DNA of 64,000 nucleotides from Dysgonomonas sp. 216 (GTDB taxonomy: Bacteria; Bacteroidota; Bacteroidia; Bacteroidales; Dysgonomonadaceae): contig NZ_QVMM01000001.1 of the NCBI RefSeq assembly GCF_010501065.1, forward strand, positions 109,083 to 173,082. The letters run 5' to 3'. Shown here in pieces: positions 1-7,973 of this stretch (within the stretch, counting starts at the first letter, position 1; each line of letters opens with the position of its first letter). The position numbers and the translations under genes were made by a program. The notes under the pieces were generated by a model that saw nothing but the letters and a program-made list of their open reading frames with translations, searched no databases and had not been told where the DNA came from.

Positions 1-1178
1 ATTTCAGTAATCTGACCTGCACCTACTGTACGTCCACCTTCGCGAATAGCGAAACGAAGACCTACGCTACATGCTACTGGATAGATCAATTCTACAGTAA
101 TAGTCAAGTTATCGCCTGGCATAACCATGTCTGTTCCTTCTGGTAAAGAAATTTCACCTGTTACGTCTAATGTACGTAAATAGAACTGAGGACGATATTT
201 GTTATGGAATGGAGTATGACGACCACCTTCTTCTTTTTTCAAGATATACACCTCTGCTTTGAATTTAGTGTGAGGAGTAACTTTTCCGGGGTGAGTAATA
301 ACCATACCACGTTTGATTTCTTCTTTATCGATACCACGAAGCAAAAGACCAACGTTGTCACCAGCCTGACCTTCGTCAAGGATTTTACGGAACATTTCTA
401 CTCCTGTAACAACTGATTTTTTGTTTTCTGATCCAAGACCAATAATTTGAACCTCTTCACCAGATTTGATGATACCAGTTTCGATACGACCTGTTGCTAC
501 AGTACCACGACCTGTGATCGAGAATACGTCTTCAACTGGCATAAGGAATGGTTTATCAACATCACGTGGAGGAAGTGGAATCCAAGTATCAACATTGTTC
601 ATAAGCTCCATTACTTGCTCTTCCCATTGAGCAACTCCGTTTAATGCTCCAAGAGCTGATCCACGGATAACAGGAGTATTATCTCCGTCGAAACTGTAGA
701 ATGAAAGAAGTTCTCTCATTTCCATTTCAACTAGTTCTAACATTTCTTCGTCATCAACGATATCACATTTATTCATGAATACAACAAGACGAGGAACGTT
801 TACCTGGCGAGCCAAAAGGATGTGCTCACGAGTTTGAGGCATAGGTCCATCAGTAGCAGCAACTACGATGATAGCACCGTCCATCTGAGCAGCACCTGTT
901 ACCATGTTTTTTACGTAGTCGGCGTGTCCTGGACAGTCTACGTGAGCATAGTGACGGGTAGCAGTTTCATATTCAACGTGTGAAGTATTGATTGTAATAC
1001 CGCGTTCTTTTTCTTCAGGAGCATTATCAATTTGGTCGAATGACTTCATTTCTGAAAGACCGTTTTTTGCCAACACAGTAGTGATAGCAGCAGTAAGAGT
1101 AGTCTTACCATGGTCAACGTGACCAATTGTACCGATGTTAACGTGCGCTTTCGACCGGTTAAAATGTTCTTTTGCCAT
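1..1178 (-). CDS. tuf: elongation factor Tu, N-terminal ~390 aa (C-terminus lies beyond window start)
   Basis: Minus-strand translation from the ATG near 1176-1178 reads [41 protein letters not shown]...[39 protein letters not shown], a canonical EF-Tu with its G1-G3 motifs. The ORF is open to position 1. The ORF track omits it because the frame runs off the window edge. Confidence 0.95.
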   Translation of the reverse strand, partial: MAKEHFNRSKAHVNIGTIGHVDHGKTTLTAAITTVLAKNGLSEMKSFDQIDNAPEEKERGITINTSHVEYETATRHYAHVDCPGHADYVKNMVTGAAQMDGAIIVVAATDGPMPQTREHILLARQVNVPRLVVFMNKCDIVDDEEMLELVEMEMRELLSFYSFDGDNTPVIRGSALGALNGVAQWEEQVMELMNNVDTWIPLPPRDVDKPFLMPVEDVFSITGRGTVATGRIETGIIKSGEEVQIIGLGSENKKSVVTGVEMFRKILDEGQAGDNVGLLLRGIDKEEIKRGMVITHPGKVTPHTKFKAEVYILKKEEGGRHTPFHNKYRPQFYLRTLDVTGEISLPEGTDMVMPGDNLTITVELIYPVACSVGLRFAIREGGRTVGAGQITE

Positions 1179-1286
1179 AATAAAAAGTAGTTATTTAATT
1201 AATGATTGCTTTTTGTATTGTTTTCAAAACTTTTCAATAAAAAAACTGTTTATTTAAATAAAGGAAACAGTAAAACCAAAAAATAG

Positions 1287-1358
<72 letters not shown>

Positions 1359-1370
1359 ATTAGCAAAAAG

Positions 1371-1443
1371 AGCGGGAGACGGGGCTCAAACCCGCGACCC
1401 TCAGCTTGGAAGGCTAATGCTCTATCAACTGAGCTACTCCCGC
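1371..1443 (-). tRNA. tRNA-Gly (anticodon TCC)
   Basis: The reverse complement reads GCGGGAGTAGCTCAGTTGATAGAGCATTAGCCTTCCAAGCTGAGGGTCGCGGGTTTGAGCCCCGTCTCCCGCT. It has a 7-bp acceptor stem GCGGGAG/CTCCCGC and an anticodon loop CTTCCAA. Confidence 0.85.
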
Positions 1444-1515
1444 ATTGTTTGTAAAACAGAGGTTTCACTTTTGCTTCAAACATTTTGACTCCTCTATCAA
1501 ACACTCTTGTTTTTG

Positions 1516-1589
1516 AGCCTCTTGTCGGATTCGAACCAACGACCCCGAGATTACAAATCACGTGCTCTGGCCAACTGAGCTAAAGAGGC
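1516..1589 (-). tRNA. tRNA-Thr (anticodon TGT), probable
   Basis: The reverse complement reads GCCTCTTTAGCTCAGTTGGCCAGAGCACGTGATTTGTAATCTCGGGGTCGTTGGTTCGAATCCGACAAGAGGCT. The acceptor stem GCCTCTT/AAGAGGC and the T-loop GGTTCGAATCC are clean. The anticodon loop is TTTGTAA, and the anticodon stem carries one T-T mismatch. It is too short (74 nt) to be tRNA-Tyr. Confidence 0.7.
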
Positions 1590-1599
1590 TTATAGGCAT

Positions 1600-1635
1600 T
1601 TGTCGCCGCTCACATTTTCTGTGAAACGGCGACAA
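1600..1635 (-). terminator. hairpin downstream of hpf (possible terminator or processing structure ahead of the tRNA cluster)
   Basis: A 9-bp stem TTGTCGCCG...CGGCGACAA with an 18-nt loop lies between the hpf stop (1682) and the 5' end of tRNA-Thr(TGT). There is no strong T-run after it. Confidence 0.3.
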
Positions 1636-1681
1636 AATTAGAAATTATTTTCTTAATTCCAAAACTTTATTTACTTTATTT

Positions 1682-1981
1682 TTATTTAGCCTGCGATTTT
1701 TCTTTAAACTTTACCAACTGTTTTTCCAAAGCCTCCACACTTAAGTCTACAGCCTCCTCAAAACTATCCGCAACCTTGTTTGCGAAAAACTCGCCATTTT
1801 TCACATTTAGCCTTACCGAAGCCTCTTTATTATTAGCCACTTCCGGCTTTATCACTTTCAGGATAACCTCTGCATCGGTAATACCATCAGAGTATTTTTC
1901 CAATTTCGACACTTTCTTCTCGATAAAACTTCTCAATCTTTCTGCCGCATCAAAATGAAGGGCTTGAATTCTAATTTCCAT
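1682..1981 (-). CDS. hpf: ribosome hibernation promoting factor / ribosome-associated inhibitor A (short HPF, 99 aa)
   Basis: MEIRIQALHFDAAERLRSFIEKKVSKLEKY...LNVKNGEFFANKVADSFEEAVDLSVEALEKQLVKFKEK matches the YfiA/HPF sigma-54 modulation protein fold. Confidence 0.85.
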   Translation of the reverse strand: MEIRIQALHFDAAERLRSFIEKKVSKLEKYSDGITDAEVILKVIKPEVANNKEASVRLNVKNGEFFANKVADSFEEAVDLSVEALEKQLVKFKEKSQAK

Positions 1982-2005
1982 ATTTACCTCCTTTATTTTT
2001 CTGTT

Positions 2006-2893
2006 TCAGGCTCTCGGATGAGCCTTTTTATAATTTTTTTTTAATTCTTCGAACGATGTATGGGTATAAACTTCGGTTGAAGCCAAGCTTGAGTGCCCCA
2101 ACAACTCTTTTACCGCATTCAATTCCGCTCCATCATTCAACATCTCAGTTGCAAAAGAATGCCTCAGCACGTGAGGACTAGTCTTCGCTAGAGTAGGAAT
2201 CGTTCCTAACACATCAGTCACTATACGATAAACAAGCATTGGATACAAAGGGTTCCCATTTTGTCTGACAAAAAAGTAGCCGGTTCTATCTCTAACATTT
2301 TCATCTCGCATTAAAACATACTCCTTCAACACATTAGCAAAACCTTCGCCAAAGGGAATCAATCGTTGTTTATTCCGCTTACCGGTCACACGTATCTGAT
2401 TCATCGAGAAATCGACATCCACATCTTTTAAACCAATAAGCTCGGCCCGCCTCATTCCTGTAAGATACAAAACTTCAACAATTAGCCGATCCCTCAATTT
2501 CTCAAATTCATCATCATCAGTCCTATCAACCAACACCCCCTCCAAATCGCCATCCGAAACAAACGAAGGAATAGGCTTTGCCACTTTTGGACCAACTAAC
2601 CTCTTTAACGGATTAACTTTTACTTCTCCAAGTTTGACAAGATACCGATAAAAAGACTTTAATGCGCTCAACTTTCTATTTACCGAACGAGGCTTAACCC
2701 CCTCCTCTATCAGATACGCCATCCACCGACGAACGACATCCAAATCAACATCAACAAGCGACACTCCCTCTAAATTTTCGGACAAAAACTCTTCAAACTG
2801 AGCAAGGTCTTTTGAATAAGAAATCTCCGTATGTAAAGAATAATTCTTTTCATAACGGAGATAACTTAAATATTTTTGCACCAACGTCGTCAT
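2006..2893 (-). CDS. xerC: tyrosine site-specific recombinase, XerC/XerD-like (295 aa)
   Basis: The N-terminal SAM-like domain has LSYLRYEKNYSLHTEISYSKDL. The C-terminal catalytic core has RRAELIGL...HVLRHSFATEMLNDGAELNAVKELLGHSSLASTEVYTHTS, which fits the R..HxxR..Y catalytic pattern. It lies between hpf and rpsU, consistent with a conserved chromosomal Xer-like gene rather than a phage integrase. Confidence 0.8.
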   Translation of the reverse strand: MTTLVQKYLSYLRYEKNYSLHTEISYSKDLAQFEEFLSENLEGVSLVDVDLDVVRRWMAYLIEEGVKPRSVNRKLSALKSFYRYLVKLGEVKVNPLKRLVGPKVAKPIPSFVSDGDLEGVLVDRTDDDEFEKLRDRLIVEVLYLTGMRRAELIGLKDVDVDFSMNQIRVTGKRNKQRLIPFGEGFANVLKEYVLMRDENVRDRTGYFFVRQNGNPLYPMLVYRIVTDVLGTIPTLAKTSPHVLRHSFATEMLNDGAELNAVKELLGHSSLASTEVYTHTSFEELKKNYKKAHPRA

Positions 2894-2957
2894 CTATGAT
2901 TTAGCTTCAAATCCCGATAACGAAGTTAAGGATTTATTTTGTCAAAAACAAGGACTA

Positions 2958-3149
2958 TTACTCCTCCATTCTTCTCAGTTGCTGAACATAAACAGCATGG
3001 ATTTTTTGTTTTCTGTTTCTAACTGATGGCTTTTCAAAAGCTTGACGACGTCTCAACTCTTTTACGACACCTGTTTTTTCGTATTTTCTTTTAAATTTTT
3101 TCAAGGCTTTTTCTATATTTTCGCCTTCTTTTAACGGTACAATAATCAT
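2958..3149 (-). CDS. rpsU: 30S ribosomal protein S21
   Basis: A 63-aa basic protein, MIIVPLKEGENIEKALKKFKRKYEKTGVVKELRRRQAFEKPSVRNRKQKIHA. Confidence 0.9.
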   Translation of the reverse strand: MIIVPLKEGENIEKALKKFKRKYEKTGVVKELRRRQAFEKPSVRNRKQKIHAVYVQQLRRMEE

Positions 3150-3662
3150 AACTGTAATATTTTTAATTTCTTTTTATTCTAATTATATCAGCCAAAAAAC
3201 ACTCCTTTGGCTCGGGAGATTAAAATAAACCCAACCGCATCTGCAACAAAAACATGTTTCAAATGCGACGAGCAATCTTTATTGCACAACAGATATTTAA
3301 TCTATAAGTCTCTCAACCTCCTCTCATTTTTCGGACTGCAAAATTAGCATTTATTTTATTGCATCCCAATATTTTCTTTAATATTTTTCATCTCCCGCAC
3401 ATCAAGGCAAGTAACTAACCACCAAAGCAGCAACAAAATGCAAACTATATTTATTTTTTTTAACCAAAGATCAAGCAACATTGCACCTTTTTTCGAGTCA
3501 TATAATACAAAGATTGCATTTAATTTGTATTTTTGTAAAAGAGGGCAATTGCTGTGTAACAAAAATCAAATAGCAATTAAACCTTTTCGAAAAAAAGCAA
3601 TCTAATAGATAAAAGATCGATTGCGATTAATTATAAACTAAAGCAAAAAGGAGATTTAAACA

Positions 3663-5048
3663 ATGAAAACAACAAAACTTATCATATTGGCAGTTTTGTT
3701 TCCTCTAATGGGAATGACCCAAGAATACTGGGATGACATTTATGGAGGTTCTCCTAAGAAAGAGAAAAAACAAACCCAATCAACATCAACCAATTCAACT
3801 GTAACATCAGTACCATCGGCACAAAGAGTCATGGTAGTTAAAGATAATGGTGAAATTTATATGGAAACAGAAGGAAATGTTAATATAAACATTGACGACT
3901 ACAACCGTAGAAATGATAATACCGAATTGTATTACACTGAAACCGACACTTTATATACAGACGAATTCGGAGATTACCAGTACACCGACAGAATTATAAA
4001 ATTCCACAAACCAGCTAATAGTATTACTATATCAAGTGATAACGACATCAACATATATGTCAACAATCGCACCTACGACGATTATTATTCTCATCGGGGA
4101 TGGAGACTTGGCTTATGGGGTATGGGATATTATTCATGGTACGACCGTTGGTACGACCGTTGGTACGACCCATGGTATCACAACTATTACTCTTGGTACG
4201 ATCCTTGGCATTACTCATGGTACGGCCCACATTACGGATGGGGATGGGGTTGGGGATGGAATTACCCATACTATCATAACGATTGGCACTATCACGGACA
4301 CCATCATTGGGGCAATAGTGGCTGGCATGGCGGAGGCGGCTGGTACGGCAATAGCAGACCAAGAAATTACGCAGGACGAGGCAGTTCGGTATCATCAAGC
4401 GGACGGGGCAGTTCATACGCAGGACGCAACAACTCCGGAACATATTCTACAGGCAGAGGAACGTCCAGCGGTAGAGGAACAAGTGGTACTTATTCTTCAG
4501 GCAGAGGAACATCCAACGGTAGAGGCACAAGCGGCACTTATTCGACAGGCAGAGGAACATCCAGCAGCAGAGGGGAGGCTGTAAACCCAAGATCGTCTAC
4601 AAATTCAGGAAGAAATAACAGTTCAACTGTAAATAGCGGTCGAACTACAAGACCATCTTATAACTCAGGAACATCATCTTCATCAGGAAGAGGTAATAAC
4701 TCGAGTGTGACAACAAGGCCATCTTCTACAAATTCAAGAGGCAGCAGTTCTTCCGTAACAACAAGGCCATCTTCCAGTTCGGGCAGAGGTAGCGCAACTG
4801 TTACAACACGCCCTTCATCTTCCGGAAATTACAGTAGAGGTTCTGTTTCAGGTTCGAGTTCGCGTAACAGCAATAGCTCATACGGAAATAGTTCTTCAAG
4901 CAGATCAAACAGTAGCAGTGGCTCTTACAGTAGCGGGTCGTCAAGCAGATCGAGCAGCAGTGGTTCTTATAGCAGCGGATCGTCTGGCAGATCATCCTCC
5001 GGCGGAAGCAGCAGTGGACGCGGCAGTAGCGGCGGACGTGGCAGATAA
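3663..5048 (+). CDS. secreted hypothetical low-complexity protein: signal peptide, Trp/Tyr/His-rich aromatic block, then RG/SGRG and Ser-rich tandem repeats (461 aa)
   Basis: Signal peptide MKTTKLIILAVLFPLMGMTQ. Residues ~140-240 read WYDRWYDRWYDPWYHNYYSWYDPWHYSWYGPHYGWGWGWGWNYPYYHNDWHYHGHHHWGNSGWHGGGGWYG. After that come the repeats GTYS[ST]GRGTS[SN]GRGTS, VTTRPSS and a poly-Ser/Gly/Arg tail ending GRGSSGGRGR. The nucleotide sequence carries matching tandem repeats. I do not recognise a known domain. Confidence 0.6.
   Translation: MKTTKLIILAVLFPLMGMTQEYWDDIYGGSPKKEKKQTQSTSTNSTVTSVPSAQRVMVVKDNGEIYMETEGNVNINIDDYNRRNDNTELYYTETDTLYTDEFGDYQYTDRIIKFHKPANSITISSDNDINIYVNNRTYDDYYSHRGWRLGLWGMGYYSWYDRWYDRWYDPWYHNYYSWYDPWHYSWYGPHYGWGWGWGWNYPYYHNDWHYHGHHHWGNSGWHGGGGWYGNSRPRNYAGRGSSVSSSGRGSSYAGRNNSGTYSTGRGTSSGRGTSGTYSSGRGTSNGRGTSGTYSTGRGTSSSRGEAVNPRSSTNSGRNNSSTVNSGRTTRPSYNSGTSSSSGRGNNSSVTTRPSSTNSRGSSSSVTTRPSSSSGRGSATVTTRPSSSGNYSRGSVSGSSSRNSNSSYGNSSSSRSNSSSGSYSSGSSSRSSSSGSYSSGSSGRSSSGGSSSGRGSSGGRGR
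4138..4262 (+). repeat. short in-frame tandem repeats (12-bp TGGTACGACCGT x2-3 encoding WYDR; GGGG-run GGATGGGGATGGGGTTGGGGATGG encoding GWGWGWGW)
   Basis: Direct repetition is visible in the sequence. The G-run segment has three GGGG tracts plus flanking GG, so an imperfect G-quadruplex could form on the coding strand. Confidence 0.6.
4438..4575 (+). repeat. ~45-bp in-frame tandem repeat x3 encoding GTYS(S/T)GRGTS(S/N)GRGTS
   Basis: The unit ACAGGCAGAGGAACRTCCARCGGTAGAGGMACAAGYGGYACTTATTCK repeats three times with a few substitutions. Confidence 0.65.
4880..5040 (+). repeat. Ser-rich ~39-bp imperfect tandem repeats encoding S(N/S)SSGSYSSGSSSRSS
   Basis: AGCAGATC(A/G)A(A/G)CAGTAGCAGTGG(C/T)TCTTA(C/T)AGTAGCGG(G/A)TCGTC recurs two to three times at the 3' end of the gene. 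Confidence 0.5.
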
Positions 5049-5073
5049 AAAAAAGGCCAAAATATAAATTAAT

Positions 5074-5108
5074 AAAGAGCTGTTTTATAAAGCATAAGAC
5101 AGCTCTTT
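5074..5108 (+). terminator. hairpin after the low-complexity protein gene (weak or partial terminator)
   Basis: A stem AAAGAGCTGT...ACAGCTCTTT with a 15-nt loop, but no downstream T-run. Readthrough into the FadL-like gene is plausible. Confidence 0.3.
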
Positions 5109-5159
5109 AAGAAAAGACTCATAAGTAAAAAGAGTGTGAAATCTAAAAATACAAACGTC

Positions 5160-6683
5160 ATGAAACGAATTTTTCTCAGCGTATTTGCCTCGTTATTAGC
5201 AGGAGCTCCCATTTTTGCACAGGGAGAAATCGATGCCTTGCGATATTCGCGCAACGACCTGACAGGAACAGCTCGTTCCGTAGCCATGGGTGGAGCTTTT
5301 GGGGCATTAGGCGGCGACATATCTGCAATAAGCATAAACCCCGCAGGTATTGGTGTTTACAAATCGTCCGAAGTAGTTGGTACATTAAACTTTACCAACA
5401 GAGAATCTAAAACTAACTTTGGCCCTGGCAATCTCAGCACAAGCAAATTTAAAGTTAGCTTTGATAATTTAGGTATCGTGGGGGCATTCCCCGTCAACAA
5501 CGATGATATTCCTTTCATCAACTTCGGTTTTTCGTATAACAAGCTTAAAAGCTACGAAACAAAATACCAAATGAGAGGCCGCAATAAACCTATCTCTATG
5601 ACAGATTATATGGCCGAACGTGGAAATTATTCGGAAGGAGATGTTGCTAACAACTCTAATTTCAACGATGGCGATTGGCTGGGCACATTAGGATATGAAG
5701 AAAAACTTACAGCAATAGGTGCCGACAATTGGCTAGGATCGGCACTACGCGAAGACGAAAAAATTAATAGCGATTTATACGTAAAAGAACGTGGCGAAAT
5801 AAGCTCTTACGACTTTAATGCGGGAACAACTTTTATGAACATCTTAAGTGTAGGTGCCAGCCTCTCTGTTACAGATTTGAAATATCGTTTATTTTCGAGC
5901 TACCAAGAAGATTTTGAACATGGCGGAGGTTTTGACCTTATGAATAACCTAAAAACAGACGGTACGGGAATACAACTAAAAGCAGGTGTTATTTTCAAAC
6001 CGATAGAAGAAATACGTGTGGGTGTTTCTTATCATTCTCCTACTTGGTATAACTTCACAGACTACTATTTTGCAGATTTAGAATCGTCGAAAGCTTCAAA
6101 AACAATATTAACACCTGAAGGACGCACCGAATATGACTTTAAAACACCCGATAAATGGACATTAAGCTTGGCCGGAATAATTGCAAACCGCGCAATATTA
6201 AGCTTCGATTACGAGCTTACAAATTACAAGGATAATATGAATTACCGGGATGCTAAACGCGATTATTTTTTAGAAAGCTCAAACAATGCTATAAAACAAG
6301 ACTTTAAAAATGCATCGGCAGTAAGAGTTGGAGCCGAAGTACGTATCACACCTCAATTCTCCGGACGTATAGGGTATGCATGGACACAAAGTGCATTTGA
6401 CGACAATCTGAAAGATAACATTCAACCGGCTATAATTTCGGGTACAATACCTCACTATATGGTAGAAGGAGACATAAATCACCTCACTTGGGGATTAGGA
6501 TACCGTTTCACCCCTAATTTTTATGTAGATGTTGCGTTTGTTGTTAAAAACCAAAAGAACGATTTATACATGTTCCCTAAATTCTACGAGCCCAACACAG
6601 ACAATTTACTAGTGGCCTCTCAGTCCGGAACTTACAAGCTAAACGAATTTAGCGGGCTGCTTACCTTTGGGTTCAAATTCTAA
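5160..6683 (+). CDS. outer-membrane beta-barrel protein, FadL/TodX/PorV-like (OMPP1 family)
   Basis: Signal peptide MKRIFLSVFASLLAGAPIFAQ (the ATG is at 5160; the track's 5136 is a GTG). The N-terminal hatch region GTARSVAMGGAFGALGGDISAISINPAGIGVY carries the FadL-type NPA motif. The C-terminus ends in the aromatic FGFKF, which is typical of OM beta-barrels. Confidence 0.7.
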   Translation: MKRIFLSVFASLLAGAPIFAQGEIDALRYSRNDLTGTARSVAMGGAFGALGGDISAISINPAGIGVYKSSEVVGTLNFTNRESKTNFGPGNLSTSKFKVSFDNLGIVGAFPVNNDDIPFINFGFSYNKLKSYETKYQMRGRNKPISMTDYMAERGNYSEGDVANNSNFNDGDWLGTLGYEEKLTAIGADNWLGSALREDEKINSDLYVKERGEISSYDFNAGTTFMNILSVGASLSVTDLKYRLFSSYQEDFEHGGGFDLMNNLKTDGTGIQLKAGVIFKPIEEIRVGVSYHSPTWYNFTDYYFADLESSKASKTILTPEGRTEYDFKTPDKWTLSLAGIIANRAILSFDYELTNYKDNMNYRDAKRDYFLESSNNAIKQDFKNASAVRVGAEVRITPQFSGRIGYAWTQSAFDDNLKDNIQPAIISGTIPHYMVEGDINHLTWGLGYRFTPNFYVDVAFVVKNQKNDLYMFPKFYEPNTDNLLVASQSGTYKLNEFSGLLTFGFKF

Positions 6684-6712
6684 TTATTCATAAATATTAA
6701 ACAATATCAGAG

Positions 6713-6740
6713 CCGTTTTATCTCGCCCGAGGTAAGACGG
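6713..6740 (+). terminator. rho-independent terminator after the FadL-like gene
   Basis: CCGTTTTATCTCG-CC-CGAGGTAAGACGG hairpin followed by TTCTTCATTTTTA. Confidence 0.5.
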
Positions 6741-6793
6741 TTCTTCATTTTTATGTAACTTTGCCCCCGAAAACTTATATAAAACGAAATATC

Positions 6794-7612
6794 ATGTCAA
6801 CTTATACCGAAGACAACCGCAAAGTAACAACCTTGCGTTTTTCAGAGATGAAACAAAAAGGCGAAAAAATTTCGATGCTTACATCGTACGATTTCACAAT
6901 GGCAAGCATTGCCGATCAAGCCGGTTTAGATGCTGTACTTATAGGAGATTCGGCATCCAACGTTATGGTTGGAAACTCGACTACCCTTCCGATGACACTC
7001 GACCAGATGATTTTCATGGGACGCTCTGTTGTTAATGGCGTTAAACGAGCAATGGTTGTTATCGATATGCCTTTTGGTTCTTGTTCGGGCAATCCCGAAA
7101 AATCGCTGGAAGCGGCAATCCGCATGATGAAAGAAACCGGAGCCGATGCCCTTAAAATAGAAGGTGGAGAAGAAATAATAGAAGACATTCGTAAAATAGT
7201 AAATGCCGGCATTCCTGTTATGGGACATTTGGGATTAATGCCTCAATCGATAAATAAATACGGCTCATACGCAATCAGAGCTAAAGACGACAAAGAATCT
7301 AAAAAACTATTATCGGATATCCGCCTGTTAGAAGAAGCCGGATGCTTTAGTGTTGTTTTAGAAAAAATACCGGCAAAACTTGCCGAAGAGGCAACCAAGT
7401 CTACAACAATGGCAACCATAGGTATTGGAGCCGGCCCCGCAACCGACGGACAAGTATTGGTTATACACGACATGCTGGGTATGAACAAAGGTTTCTCTCC
7501 TAAATTTCTACGCAAATACGCCGATTTACATACAGTTATGACCGACGCCATACAAACGTATGTAAAAGACGTAAAATCGAACGATTTTCCTAACGAAAAA
7601 GAAAGCTATTAA
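6794..7612 (+). CDS. panB: 3-methyl-2-oxobutanoate hydroxymethyltransferase (ketopantoate hydroxymethyltransferase)
   Basis: MSTYTEDNRKVTTLRFSEMKQKGEKISMLTSYDFTMASIADQAGLDAVLIGDSASNVMVGNSTTLPMTLDQMIFMGRSVV...MPFGS. The ATG is at 6794; the track's start at 6761 is a TTG. Confidence 0.9.
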   Translation: MSTYTEDNRKVTTLRFSEMKQKGEKISMLTSYDFTMASIADQAGLDAVLIGDSASNVMVGNSTTLPMTLDQMIFMGRSVVNGVKRAMVVIDMPFGSCSGNPEKSLEAAIRMMKETGADALKIEGGEEIIEDIRKIVNAGIPVMGHLGLMPQSINKYGSYAIRAKDDKESKKLLSDIRLLEEAGCFSVVLEKIPAKLAEEATKSTTMATIGIGAGPATDGQVLVIHDMLGMNKGFSPKFLRKYADLHTVMTDAIQTYVKDVKSNDFPNEKESY

Positions 7613-7627
7613 CAACTTGGTTTTATC

Positions 7628-7660
7628 TATAAAGGGAGAGATAACATCTGTCCCTTTATA
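7628..7660 (+). terminator. hairpin after panB
   Basis: A 10-bp stem TATAAAGGGA...TCCCTTTATA with a 13-nt loop, 16 nt after the panB stop. A-rich sequence follows rather than T-rich, so it may be a stability or processing hairpin. Confidence 0.35.
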
Positions 7661-7690
7661 AGAACAATAAAGCAATAATAAAAAATATTA

Positions 7691-7722
7691 TTTTTTGTCA
7701 GATGTGTCAGGTTTTGAAAAAA
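7691..7722 (+). repeat. intergenic motif copy 1: TTTTTTGTCAGATGTGTCAGGTTTTGAAAAAA
   Basis: A direct repeat of GTCAGRT/GTCAGGT flanked by a T-run and an A-run. Near-identical copies are at 7871 and 22734 (opposite strand), with degenerate relatives at 33441 and 33517. Confidence 0.7.
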
Positions 7723-7870
7723 TAGCACTCTGTATTATATTTCAGCAAGGCAAAATTCTACATTAATAGAATTAACGACATAAAACATTGTCTCAAATTT
7801 TGTTGTTTTATATAAAACTACAGATTGCCAGCCAAAGCTAAAATATGGATTAACTAAAAGAATGCAATAA

Positions 7871-7897
7871 TCTGTCAGGTGTGTCAGGTTTTTCCAA
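7871..7897 (+). repeat. intergenic motif copy 2: TCTGTCAGGTGTGTCAGGTTTTTCCAAAA
   Basis: The core GTCAGGTGTGTCAGGTTTTT matches copy 1. It lies ~80 bp upstream of the topB ATG. Confidence 0.7.
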
Positions 7898-7973
7898 AAT
7901 CATTCATTACAGTACATCAGGAAGAATATGCAATTATAGTCAGATAGAATAACTCAAAAAAAAGATTGAATTA

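Noticed and set aside
1444-1516. Expected a tRNA-Tyr between tRNA-Gly and tRNA-Thr, as in the classic thrU-tyrU-glyT-thrT-tufB arrangement.
   Set aside because: The 70-nt spacer has no cloverleaf and is too short for a class II tRNA-Tyr. Only three tRNAs are supported.
2006-2893. A tyrosine recombinase next to a tRNA cluster might mark an integrated mobile element or genomic island.
   Set aside because: It is a short (295 aa) XerC/XerD-type recombinase embedded between hpf and rpsU. The arrangement is all housekeeping genes (tuf, tRNAs, hpf, xerC, rpsU). I saw no direct repeats of a tRNA 3' end, and no phage, conjugation or cargo genes. The 3663-6683 pair downstream is the only non-housekeeping DNA nearby and has no mobility genes.
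3356-3562. A 68-aa ORF in the rpsU upstream intergenic region.
   Set aside because: It is hydrophobic and low-complexity with no recognisable features, in an AT-rich promoter region. It is more likely non-coding.
4036-4584. Overlapping ORFs 4036..4584 (+) and 4060..4443 (-) inside the low-complexity protein gene.
   Set aside because: They are alternate-frame artefacts of the repetitive GC-rich tract. The frame starting at 3663 carries the signal peptide and gives the consistent long ORF.
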